Shown here piece after piece: positions 37,691 to 46,775 of a stretch of DNA of 64,000 nucleotides. Position numbers and translations under genes: made by a program. Origin of the DNA: Bacteroidales bacterium (GTDB lineage Bacteria; Bacteroidota; Bacteroidia; Bacteroidales; WCHB1-69); contig JAFXSR010000012.1 of NCBI GenBank assembly GCA_017525505.1, forward strand, positions 234,502-298,501. The letters run 5' to 3'. A model generated the notes under the pieces. The model made no database searches. It was given only the letters and a program-made list of their open reading frames with translations, and had not been told where the DNA came from. Within the stretch, counting starts at the first letter, position 1; the number at the start of each line of letters is the position of its first letter.

Positions 37691-38437
37691 TCTTACGATT
37701 GTTCCGTTAAACTGTGCGGTGGGGGTCATGATGATTTCATTGAGGCATACGTGAGCGGGACGGGTCAGCACGAAATCCACCACATCGGCGATGTCTTCCG
37801 CCACCAGGGGGTCGTAACCTTCATATACCTTGTCGGCCTTGGCTTGGTCGCCATGGAAACGCACCACCGAGAAGTTGGTTTCGGCAGCACCCGGAGAAAT
37901 TTGTGACACCTTGATGCCGTAAGGCAAGAAATCGGTGCGCATGCCTTTGGTCAAGGCCAGCACAGCGTGTTTGGTGGCGCAATACACGTTGCCGCCATAG
38001 TAAATCTCATGGCTGGCAGTGGAGCCGATGTTGATGATGTGGCCTTTTTTCTGCTCAATCATCTGCGGAGAAATCAGGCGGGTGACGTAAAGCAGACCTT
38101 TGATGTTGGTGTTGATCATGCGTTCCCAGTCCTCGATGGCACCGCTGTTCACGGGGTTCAGCTCAACGGCCAGACCCGCGTTGTTCACCAGTACATCAAT
38201 GGGCTTGAAAGCGTCGGGAATGCTGGCGATGGCCTTTTCGCATTGGGCATAGTCCTGCACATCGAAGGCAAGGGTTAGCACCTTGCTCTGTGTGGTGCTT
38301 TCGATTTTCTGAGCCACTTCTTTCAGTTTCTGCTCGGTACGGCCGGTGATGACCAAATTGACATTGTGCTGGGCCAGTCTGTATGCGATGGCTTCGCCAA
38401 AACCACTGGTGGCACCGGTAATGAATACGTTTTTCAT
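37685..38437 (-). CDS. Short-chain dehydrogenase/reductase (YdfG-like)
   Basis: TGATSGFG, NNAGLA, YCATK catalytic motif. Confidence 0.92.
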   Translation of the reverse strand: MKNVFITGATSGFGEAIAYRLAQHNVNLVITGRTEQKLKEVAQKIESTTQSKVLTLAFDVQDYAQCEKAIASIPDAFKPIDVLVNNAGLAVELNPVNSGAIEDWERMINTNIKGLLYVTRLISPQMIEQKKGHIINIGSTASHEIYYGGNVYCATKHAVLALTKGMRTDFLPYGIKVSQISPGAAETNFSVVRFHGDQAKADKVYEGYDPLVAEDIADVVDFVLTRPAHVCLNEIIMTPTAQFNGTIVRS

Positions 38438-38562
38438 ATTGTTTTTTTTCAGTTTATAAATTTCAGTTATAGAATTCAAAATCCAAAGTTTAATCTGTCA
38501 TCTAAAATCTTAAATTAAATCTGAATTCTGAATTATGAACTTTGACTTCTGTTCCCTGTAAC

Positions 38563-39609
38563 CTATTCCTTCACTTCCCCAAACCCTTGCGCGCGCAGTT
38601 CAATCTGTCGGTCGTCGTTGGTGATCAGCTGGTTGCCTGCGGCTTCTTCCTTGATATAGTCAATTACTGATACATTTTCCACTTTTTTCAGGTCTTCGTA
38701 GTCCTTTTGAGCGATGGTGAACAGCAGTTCGTAATCTTCGCCGCCGTTGAGGGCAATGGTGGTCGATACGATGTTCAGGTCTTTTAAAGTGCGGAAAGTC
38801 AGCAAGTCGATGGGCAGCTTGTTTTCAAAAATCGCAGAACCCACTTTGGAGGCTTTGCAGAGATGGATAAGGGCGGAGGCAAGTCCGTCGTTGACATTGG
38901 TCATGCTGGTCGGAGTGATGCCCGCTTCTTTCAGCTTCTGGATGATATCCACTCTCGGCTCGGGCTTCAGCTGGCGTTCTAGCAGATAGCTATATTCTTC
39001 TAAATTAGGTTGTTCATTAGGGTTAACCTCAAATACTTTCTTCTCGCGTTCTAGCAAAATCAAACCGGTATAGGCGGCCCCCAGGTCGCCAGAAACACAG
39101 ATGAGTTCGTTTTCTTTGGCTCCGATACGCTGCACCAGACTCTTTTCTTCCACTTCCCCAACAGCCGTTACGGTGATGGTCAGTCCGGTCTGCGAGGAGC
39201 TCATGTCTAAGCCCGCCAGGTCGATGCCGTAGCGGTCGCAGCACAACTGCATGCCATCGGTCAGCTCGTTGACCGCCTCCAAAGAGAAACGGTTGGAGAT
39301 GGCGATGTTGACGAGCACCTGCTTGGGCAGGGCGTTCATGGCGACAATGTCGGCTACAGCTACGGTTATAGTCTTGTAACCCAGGTGCTTAAGCGGTACG
39401 TAGGTCATGTCAAAGTGGATGTTCTCGATGAACAGTTTGCTGCTGACCACGCTGTCGGTGTTGCCATGGGCGATAACCGCCGCGTTTTCGCCGAGGCCGC
39501 TTAGGGTGGAGGGATTGTAATGGCTGAATTTCTCGCCTATAAAGTTGATCAAACCGAATTTGCCTAACGCTCTCAGTTCTTCAACTTTGGGATTAATTTC
39601 TTGTTCCAT
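38563..39609 (-). CDS. thiL: Thiamine-monophosphate kinase (divergent)
   Basis: ENIHFD, HLGYK, DIVAMNA, VSGDLGAA, DGLAS, GGEDYELLFTI; the usual GDD motif reads GEN. Confidence 0.85.
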   Translation of the reverse strand: MEQEINPKVEELRALGKFGLINFIGEKFSHYNPSTLSGLGENAAVIAHGNTDSVVSSKLFIENIHFDMTYVPLKHLGYKTITVAVADIVAMNALPKQVLVNIAISNRFSLEAVNELTDGMQLCCDRYGIDLAGLDMSSSQTGLTITVTAVGEVEEKSLVQRIGAKENELICVSGDLGAAYTGLILLEREKKVFEVNPNEQPNLEEYSYLLERQLKPEPRVDIIQKLKEAGITPTSMTNVNDGLASALIHLCKASKVGSAIFENKLPIDLLTFRTLKDLNIVSTTIALNGGEDYELLFTIAQKDYEDLKKVENVSVIDYIKEEAAGNQLITNDDRQIELRAQGFGEVKE

Positions 39610-39660
39610 ATATTATATCAGGTTACAGGTTTCAGGTTACAGAATTCAGAATACAAAAAA

Positions 39661-39838
39661 ACTCCCCTGATACGAAGCATCACTCCCGTTGAGCACGAAG
39701 TGCAAAACTCCCTTCGAACGAAATGAGACTCCTCTTATGCGAAGCACAATTCTCCGAGCTCGCGTAACGAGCGTCTTGACGAGCGAACATAGTGAGCGTC
39801 TCCCCGAACGAACGCAGTGAGTGTCTCTTCGTCTTCCC
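39661..39838. repeat. Array of short ACTCCC/CGTCTC units with mini-hairpin inserts
   Basis: About eight 20-25 bp units, each starting ACTCCC/ACTCCT/CGTCTY and mostly containing CGAA(G). Confidence 0.7.
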
Positions 39839-39839
39839 G

Positions 39840-40772
39840 CTAAACATCAAAATGTGAGGAGATGGAAGTTTTCTCCATGACGCTGCGAATGACTTCGGCC
39901 ATCAGTTTGTCAACGGAAACCACTTCGATGGATTCCGATGGGCGTTTGAGTGGAATGGAATCGGTGATGATCAATTTCTCGATGGCGGAGTTCTCCACAT
40001 TTTCCATGCCGCTGCCGGAGAGCAGTCCGTGGGCGCACATGGCAAGCACACGCTTGGCACCAGCCTCTTTGCAACGGGCGGCGGCTTTGCAGAGGGTGCC
40101 ACCGGTATCAATGATGTCATCTACAATGATGACGTTCTTGTCTTTCACATCTCCAATGATTTGCAGGTCGGCCACCACATTCTGTTTGGCTCTCTGTTTG
40201 TAGCCGATAGCTAAGTCGCATTTCAGGGCCTTGGCGTAAGTGGAAGCTCTCTTGGTGCCACCGGTGTCGGGCGAAACGATGCAGAGGTTGTCCAATTCCA
40301 GGCTCTTGATGTAAGGCAGGAACACGTTGGAAGAGAAGAGGTGATCCACTGGAATCTCGAAAAAGCCTTGAATCTGGTCAGCATGAAGGTCCATGGTGAT
40401 GACACGGTCCACGCCGGCTGCGGTCAACAGGTTGCTCATCAACTTGGCACCGATGGAGGTTCTGGGTTTGTCCTTGCGGTCCTGACGGGCATAGCCGAAA
40501 TACGGCATCACGGCGATGATTTTGTAAGCTGAGGCTCGCTTGGCGGCGTCAATCAGCAGCAACAGCTCCATGATGTTCTCGGCGGGAGCGAAGGTGGGCT
40601 GAATGATGAAGACATGTTTCCCACGGATGGTTTCGTTGTAATACACTTGGATTTCGCCATCCTTAAAGTGCGGAATATCAACGGATAACAATTGCATGCC
40701 CAAATGCTCGGCAATGCGTTCGGCTAATGCTCGGTTGGCTCCGCCGGAAACTAATGCTACATCTGAATTCAT
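39840..40772 (-). CDS. prs: Ribose-phosphate pyrophosphokinase
   Basis: FKDGEI, PYFGYARQDRK, DLHADQIQGFF, VDDIIDTGGT. Confidence 0.98.
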   Translation of the reverse strand: MNSDVALVSGGANRALAERIAEHLGMQLLSVDIPHFKDGEIQVYYNETIRGKHVFIIQPTFAPAENIMELLLLIDAAKRASAYKIIAVMPYFGYARQDRKDKPRTSIGAKLMSNLLTAAGVDRVITMDLHADQIQGFFEIPVDHLFSSNVFLPYIKSLELDNLCIVSPDTGGTKRASTYAKALKCDLAIGYKQRAKQNVVADLQIIGDVKDKNVIIVDDIIDTGGTLCKAAARCKEAGAKRVLAMCAHGLLSGSGMENVENSAIEKLIITDSIPLKRPSESIEVVSVDKLMAEVIRSVMEKTSISSHFDV

Positions 40773-40899
40773 AAAAGATTGATTTTTAAAGGGTTGATTT
40801 TTTTGTTGTGATGTGGCAAATTTAACCTTTTTTTTTAATCATACGGCACAATTTTTGTATTTTTGCATCGTTATTCAGCTTGAAATAAGGAATAGATTT

Positions 40900-42753
40900 A
40901 TGAAACAGCTTTTGATATCCTTCAAGATATTTGTAACTATCTTATTCACATTATGTTGTGCTTCTTTGTGGGCACAGGTTTCCTGCACCGCCAAGGCTCC
41001 TTCTGAGGTTGGAGTGGGGTAGGCTTTTCGCTATCAGGTGGTCCTGAATGAGAAACCTTCGAAGATTGTCAGCACCGGTTTCAGCAATTTTGATGTGCTG
41101 AATGGCCCCAGCCAGGGCTCATCGTCTTCTATCAGCATTGTGAATGGACAGATGACCCAGTCGTCATCTTACACTTATACCTATACTTTGGCTGCCAAGA
41201 AAGAAGGTCAGTTCTCGATTCCGGGAATGGTATTTGTGGTCAATGGCAAACAGGTGAAGTCGAATGCCGTGACCATCAATGTGGTAGAAGGTGGTGGTAA
41301 TGGCGGTGGCGCGGCTGGCGGTGGTAACGGAAGAGGACAGTCTCAGCAGCGTGCCCAGCAGTCTCAAGGCTTTGACAAACGTGATGTCTTTGTGAAAGCC
41401 TATTGTTCCAACAGCAATCCTTACGTGGGCGAGCAGGTTATTATAACCCATAAGTTGTATGTCGGCCCCAGTGTCAACGGTGGTTACCAGGTGACTTCGG
41501 TCAATGCGCCCACCCAAAGCGGTCTTTGGTCTTATACCTTGGGAAATCCTGATGCGGAGCCGCCTCGTTCCACTGAAGTTATCGATGGAAAGAAATTTAC
41601 GGTGTTTGAGGTGCGTCGTACAGCCGTCTTTCCGCAGAAATCCGGAAAGATTACGGTGACACCTTTTGAAATCGGATTCATGGCCCGCGTTATCTATACG
41701 CAGCAGAGCAATGATCCTTTCGACATGTTTTTCGGAGGCCGCCAGTATGCGCAGGATTATGAGCTGGATTTGAAATCCAACAGCGTGGTGCTGAATTGCA
41801 AAGCTTTGCCGGAAAATGGAAAGCCAGAGGACTTTGGCGGTTTGGCAGGCAATTTCACAATGAGCTCCAATCTGAGCCGCAACGAGTTGAAAACCAATGA
41901 TGCCGCCAATCTGACCATCACCATCAGCGGTACGGGAAATTTGCAGCATGTGGAGGCTCCTGTCATTGAGTTCCCTTCGGATTTTGATGTTACTGACCCG
42001 AAAATCACCGACAATATCAATACTCGTGGAAATACCGTAACGGGTAGCCGTACTTTCGAGTACATCATTATTCCGCGCGAAGCAGGTGATTTTACCATCC
42101 CGGCTGCTTCTTTCTCTTATTTCGATCTGAAATCGCACAGCTATAAAACCTTGAGCAGCGATTCCTATAAGATGAAGGTGGGAAAGGGCAAAGGCGGAGG
42201 TGTAACTACTTCTTCTGCCAATCAGAAAGATATTAAATTCCTGTCGAAGGACATACGTTTCATCAAGACCAATGGCAACGCTTTCCACCCGAAAAGGAGC
42301 GAGTTCTTCGGTTCATCCTGGTTCTATGTGGGCATGATTCTGCCCCTTCTGCTGCTGATCATCTTTGTTATTGTATGGCGGAAAACCATGGAAACCAAGC
42401 AAAATGTCACTTTGATGAAAGACAAACGCGCCAACAAGGTGGCCCGCAAGCGTCTGAAAAAAGCCGGCCAGCTGCTTCATGCCGGCCAGAAAGAGGCCTT
42501 TTATGTGGAGATCTCACAGGTGCTGTGGGGCTATATGAGCGACAAGTTCCATATTCCGTTGTCACAGTTGTCTATGGATACCGTGGAGGAGAAACTGAAG
42601 GAGAAACAGGTGGATGAGGAGTCGGTGAAGGAGTTCCTGGAAACACTGAACCAGTGCGAGTTTGCGCGTTTCGCCCCCGGTGACAGCTCGCAGATGATGA
42701 ATGAGATGTACCAGCGGGCACATGACTTTATGACCAAAATCGAACGTAGATAA
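40900..42753 (+). pseudogene. batD: BatD-family protein interrupted by an in-frame TAG at 41020-41022
   Basis: MKQLL...AQVSCTAKAPSEVGVG*AFRYQVVLN continues in frame into the 571-aa ORF; BatD motifs (YVGEQ, ISGTGNL, CEFARFAPG); batE follows. Confidence 0.8.
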
Positions 42754-42766
42754 TAAAAGATTGATT

Positions 42767-43522
42767 ATGAGAAAGATAGTTGCTATTATTGCGATTTTTT
42801 CGATTGCCTTCTCTGCTTTTGCATCGGCAGATGATTCCTTGATGCGGCAGGGTAACACAGCCTATCAGAATGGCGATTATGAATTGGCGATTGACTGTTA
42901 TCAGGAGATTATCCAGCACGGGAATGAAGGAGCCATATTGTACTATAATTTGGGAAATGCTTATTTCAAGGCCAAGCAGACACCGGAGGCTTTGTTATGG
43001 TACGAGCGGGCTTTGCGCCTTGACCCTTCCAACGAGGATATCAAGCACAATATCGCTTACGCTAACTTGCAGATTACAGATAAGATAGAAGTCCTGCCAG
43101 AATTGTTTATCGTGCGTTGGTGGAATGGTTTGTCCCAAAGCATGACCGCTACCGCATGGGCTGTGATGGCCGTGGTCTTCGGGGCTGTTTTTGCCCTTTC
43201 GATTGCGCTGATGATTGTCTCCCGCCGCCGCTGGCTCAGTGTGACTTCCGTTGTGTTAGCGCTGATTTCATTGATTATTGCCATTTTCTCCTTGATTTTC
43301 GCCTCCAAGGAGTCCAAGCGTTATATCCAGCAACCGGAAGCCATTGTGATGCAGTCGGTGGTGAATGCCAAAGGCACACCGAACGAGTCGGGTACAAGTT
43401 TGTTTGTCATCCACGAGGGGCTGAAAGTTGCTGTTACCGATAGGGTAGGCACTTGGGTGGAAATAAAGTTGCCCAATGGCGAAAAGGGCTGGGTGGAAGA
43501 TGCTTCAATAGAAATCATCTGA
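42767..43522 (+). CDS. batE: BatE-family TPR/SH3 protein
   Basis: TPR (YYNLGNAYFK, YERALRLDP), two TM helices, SH3b-like HEGLKV...WVEIKLPNGEKGWV. Confidence 0.9.
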   Translation: MRKIVAIIAIFSIAFSAFASADDSLMRQGNTAYQNGDYELAIDCYQEIIQHGNEGAILYYNLGNAYFKAKQTPEALLWYERALRLDPSNEDIKHNIAYANLQITDKIEVLPELFIVRWWNGLSQSMTATAWAVMAVVFGAVFALSIALMIVSRRRWLSVTSVVLALISLIIAIFSLIFASKESKRYIQQPEAIVMQSVVNAKGTPNESGTSLFVIHEGLKVAVTDRVGTWVEIKLPNGEKGWVEDASIEII

Positions 43523-43524
43523 TG

Positions 43525-43562
43525 AAAAAAAACGCACGTCCTCGAAAAGACGCGCGTTTTCT
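43525..43562. terminator. Bidirectional intrinsic terminator
   Basis: AAAAAAAACGCACGTC-loop-GACGCGCGTTTT between convergent batE and hydG. Confidence 0.7.
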
Positions 43563-43626
43563 ATCATGTCAAATTACAATAAGGTCCCCACTAAAACTAT
43601 ATACTATAAACTATGTACTTTATACT

Positions 43627-45027
43627 TTACAAGTATATATCCCTTTCGCCTTCATCAATCTTGGCCACATTGGTCTCGATGGTCTTTTTGAGGGCGGGTT
43701 TCTCCACGCCGGCGATGAGCTCTTTCATCAGCTTGTAGCCTTTCTCTTTGGTTTCGGGAGAAGCGAAATCGTTGAGGTATTCGCGGAAGGTGAAGAGGGC
43801 ATTGGGCATACAGAACTCTTTGATCAAGCCGGGTTTGGCGAGGTCCATGAAGTCGTGGCCGACACGTCCTTTGCGGTAGCAGCCAGTGCAGAACGAAGGA
43901 ATATAGCCCGAGTCAATCATACCGGACACTACTTCGTCAAGGGTTCTGTGGTCGCCCAGCTGGAACTGGCTGCCGGTGTGCTCCTCTTCGGAGGCGTAAG
44001 CGCCGGGGTTGGTTCTGGAACCAGCGGAAATCTGGCTGATACCATAGTTGAACAGCTCGGTTCTCATGTCGTCATTCTCTCTGGTACTCAGGATGATACC
44101 AGTGTATGGCAGGGCGATACGGATGATGGCGATGATTTTCTTGAAGTCGTCGTCGCTGACTTTGTGCGGGATATTATCTGGCAGCGGTGCGCCTTCTGCG
44201 GGTTCGATACGCGGGAAGCTGATGGTGTGTGGGCCACAGCCGAAAGCTTCTTCCAAGTGGTGCGCATGTTCCATCAAGGCCAAGATCTCGAAGCGGTAGT
44301 CGGCCAAACCGAACAGCACGCCCAAACCCACATCGTCGATGCCGCCTTCCATGGCGCGGTCCATTACCAGCAGACGGTTTTCGTAGTCAGCTTTGGGAGA
44401 TCCGGCAGGGTGGTATTCCTTGTACAGAATCGGGTCGTAGGTCTCTTGGAAGCAAACGTAGGTACCAATCTTTTCGGCTTTCAAACGACGGAAATCTTCC
44501 ACCGACATAGGAGCCAACTCCACATTGATACGACGCACGTACTGGCCGTTTTCTCTCACAGCGTAGGTGGTTCTGATAGCTTCGCAGATGTAGTTGATGT
44601 CATTGGCGGGGGTTTCGCCGCAGATCAGCAGGATACGCTTGTGGCCGTCACGCAGCAGGGTCTTTACCTCGGTGGCGATTTCGTCCATGTTCAGGATTTT
44701 GCGCTTGATGAGGTGGTTGTCGCGGCGGAAGCTGCAATATACGCAGTTGTTGACGCATTTGTTACCCGTATAGACAGGGGCAAAAAGCACCAGACGCTTG
44801 CCGTAGATGTCCTGTTTCACTTTTTTGGCGGTCTCCATGATCTCGTAAATCTGGTCATGGTCTTTTACCCTCAATAGTGCGGCAACGTCTTCCAGACCAA
44901 GGCCTTTCAGTTCCAATGCCTTGTTCAGAATTTGCTGGAGTTCGGCCTCTGTGGGAGCTGCTCCCTCAATTAATCCGTACAGTTTCTCCCTGTCGATAAA
45001 GTTTTTGAATTTCTTTGATGCATCCAT
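43627..45027 (-). CDS. hydG: [FeFe]-hydrogenase H-cluster radical SAM maturase HydG
   Basis: CVNNCVYC radical SAM motif, FQETY, HTISFPRIEPA, and the C-terminal CxxC...C motif (SFCTGCYR...FCMPNA) that distinguishes HydG from ThiH. Confidence 0.93.
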   Translation of the reverse strand: MDASKKFKNFIDREKLYGLIEGAAPTEAELQQILNKALELKGLGLEDVAALLRVKDHDQIYEIMETAKKVKQDIYGKRLVLFAPVYTGNKCVNNCVYCSFRRDNHLIKRKILNMDEIATEVKTLLRDGHKRILLICGETPANDINYICEAIRTTYAVRENGQYVRRINVELAPMSVEDFRRLKAEKIGTYVCFQETYDPILYKEYHPAGSPKADYENRLLVMDRAMEGGIDDVGLGVLFGLADYRFEILALMEHAHHLEEAFGCGPHTISFPRIEPAEGAPLPDNIPHKVSDDDFKKIIAIIRIALPYTGIILSTRENDDMRTELFNYGISQISAGSRTNPGAYASEEEHTGSQFQLGDHRTLDEVVSGMIDSGYIPSFCTGCYRKGRVGHDFMDLAKPGLIKEFCMPNALFTFREYLNDFASPETKEKGYKLMKELIAGVEKPALKKTIETNVAKIDEGERDIYL

Positions 45028-45072
45028 GATGTCTATGTTTATTTGTTGAATTGTTTATTTGTTGAATTATTC

Positions 45073-45339
45073 TTAATTCTTAATTTCCTGTCTCCTGGTT
45101 TTCGCCAGCATCGACTTCACCTCCACTCCTTGCAAACGGCCCAGTTTGCCGGTGAGGCTGCTGAGCTCGTCGGTGGTGCCTTCGACAATCAAAGTAATGA
45201 TGTTGAATCCGTGTTGATGCATGGGTACCCCTTGTCGGGCGATAATCATAGCGCCAAAATCGGACAAAATCCGGTTTACCTCGGGTACAATGCTGGTGTC
45301 TGAAATCAGGATACTGACAGTTCCTATTCTCTTTTCCAT
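45073..45339 (-). CDS. TM1266-family putative iron-only hydrogenase system regulator
   Basis: KRIGTVSILI...VNRILS...IIARQGVP...LTGKLGRLQGVEVKS; adjacent to hydG. Confidence 0.85.
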   Translation of the reverse strand: MEKRIGTVSILISDTSIVPEVNRILSDFGAMIIARQGVPMHQHGFNIITLIVEGTTDELSSLTGKLGRLQGVEVKSMLAKTRRQEIKN

Positions 45340-45593
45340 TAGTAACTTCCTTTGGATTAGATGTTTATTGATAAGTCCGCTTGCTTCGAAGAAGATAAAT
45401 CCGCTTCTCAGTTTTGCGATGCAAAGATACAATTTTTTTCAATACTTTTTTCTTGATAAAAAAAGTATCCAAAAAATCAAGCCGACGGTAAGTGCAGCCG
45501 CACAAGCCTGCTCCCCCCAACCGTCTGCCTCGCCCACGCACGTATCTCCATCGCTCAACACTAGGCTTTGTTTCTCGTGTGGTGCCAATATTT

Positions 45594-45756
45594 GCAGGCT
45601 GAAATCCTGCAATCAGTTAGCCCAGGGCAACGCCCCGGGGAAATGTTGGCGCACAACATTCGCTCTGGGGGAATGAGGATGTATATGTCACAGAACCCCG
45701 TCAGGGGTTCCAGATCATAGCCCGGGGCAAGGTGCGAGGTACGAGCACCGCAACCT
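45594..45756. repeat. REP-like palindrome cluster
   Basis: CCCAGGGCAACGCCCCGGG, AACCCCGTCAGGGGTT and GGTGCGAGGTACGAGCACC hairpins. Confidence 0.6.
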
Positions 45757-45900
45757 TTATCACTCGCTTTCACTCATTTACAAATTTCATGCGGTAGCCG
45801 TGGCCCATCACCTCCCCTTCACCACCTTATACCTTCCGCTTGCAAAGGACGGTGGCGGTATGAATGCATGGGAGAAAGGGGATAATGATATAGAAATATT

Positions 45901-46308
45901 TTACTGGCCCCTTACAATCTGGAGCATTTCTGCAGGAGTGACCACTTTGCTTACAGGTGGGAAATGGCGTGTATTTCCGGTGATAAGGTATGCTTCATCA
46001 ATAGATAGAGCTACCTCATAAAACACAATATCGTCTTCATCAGGAAAGCTCCATCCTGCAGGTGTTCTGTCAGTGGCAATGCCGCTTTGTATAGCAGCAA
46101 GCACTGCATCAATTCGGGCTTGTGAGAATGCAAACTTGGCACGGCCTAGCACCTCATTGTATTCGCACAGGATTTCTTCATTGTATAGCGGAATAATAAC
46201 TTTATCAAGGATTAGATCAACTACTGCTACAGTTGGTGACTCTGAGTTATGAGAAAGGAGGGCTGAGACCAAGACATTGGTGTCGAAGACGGCGTAGTAT
46301 TGCTTCAT
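45901..46308 (-). CDS. PIN-domain toxin
   Basis: AVFDTNVLVSAL, EYNEVL, DEDDIVFYEVA, LITGNTRHFP. Confidence 0.92.
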   Translation of the reverse strand: MKQYYAVFDTNVLVSALLSHNSESPTVAVVDLILDKVIIPLYNEEILCEYNEVLGRAKFAFSQARIDAVLAAIQSGIATDRTPAGWSFPDEDDIVFYEVALSIDEAYLITGNTRHFPPVSKVVTPAEMLQIVRGQ

Positions 46309-46319
46309 AATCGTAATAT

Positions 46320-46586
46320 CTACTGATTTTTTCGTGCGAGACGTGCTTGACGTATCTCCTCGTTGATTTCTTCGAGTGTCATTTCAGAGTTGCCATTGGC
46401 TTCGCTCTGCAAACGCATTTCCTCAATGGCGTTGCGGGCTTGGACGAAAATCTCCTTATCCTCCTCCTTAGTGCTTTCGATAAGACGATCGGCAAGCCAG
46501 CGGCGGTCAGATGTAGAGAGGGACAAGCCTTGCAGGTAATTCCATAAATTGCTCATCGCACTGCTGCTGTATGTTGTAGCATTCAT
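46320..46586 (-). CDS. Putative antitoxin
   Basis: C-terminal MTLEEINEEIRQAR motif; directly upstream of the PIN gene; promoter TATATTTG at 46613-46620. Confidence 0.75.
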   Translation of the reverse strand: MNATTYSSSAMSNLWNYLQGLSLSTSDRRWLADRLIESTKEEDKEIFVQARNAIEEMRLQSEANGNSEMTLEEINEEIRQARLARKNQ

Positions 46587-46775
46587 GACTTTCTTTTTTT
46601 TACTTTGCGATGCAAATATACAATTTTTTTTTGAATGAGGAAATCTCATCATATCCCCTTCACCACCTTCCGCTCACAAATGCTGGTGAGGGGGTGAAGG
46701 CGGAAGACACGGATTCTGGCAGAGAAGTTTGACAGGGCGAGGGGGAAATTAGCGGTAGTTTGCTGAAAATCCCCT

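Noticed and set aside
39661-39838. Mini-CRISPR
   Set aside because: The constant part is only about 6 bp and the inserts resemble each other; kept as a repeat array instead.
41020-41022. Genome-wide TAG reassignment
   Set aside because: TAG ends several genes at natural C-termini (for example 12910, 22975, prs, thiL).
43453-44877. 474-aa plus-strand ORF
   Set aside because: Antisense shadow of hydG with no recognisable motifs; the same applies to 41164-42288, 15203-16015 and similar overlapping ORFs.
43627-45027. ThiH call because of nearby thiamine genes
   Set aside because: The C-terminal CxxC...C motif and the TM1266 neighbour favour HydG.
45345-45412. Definite SAM-II riboswitch
   Set aside because: Only partial motif resemblance, and the pseudoknot pairing could not be established; kept as a weak lead only.
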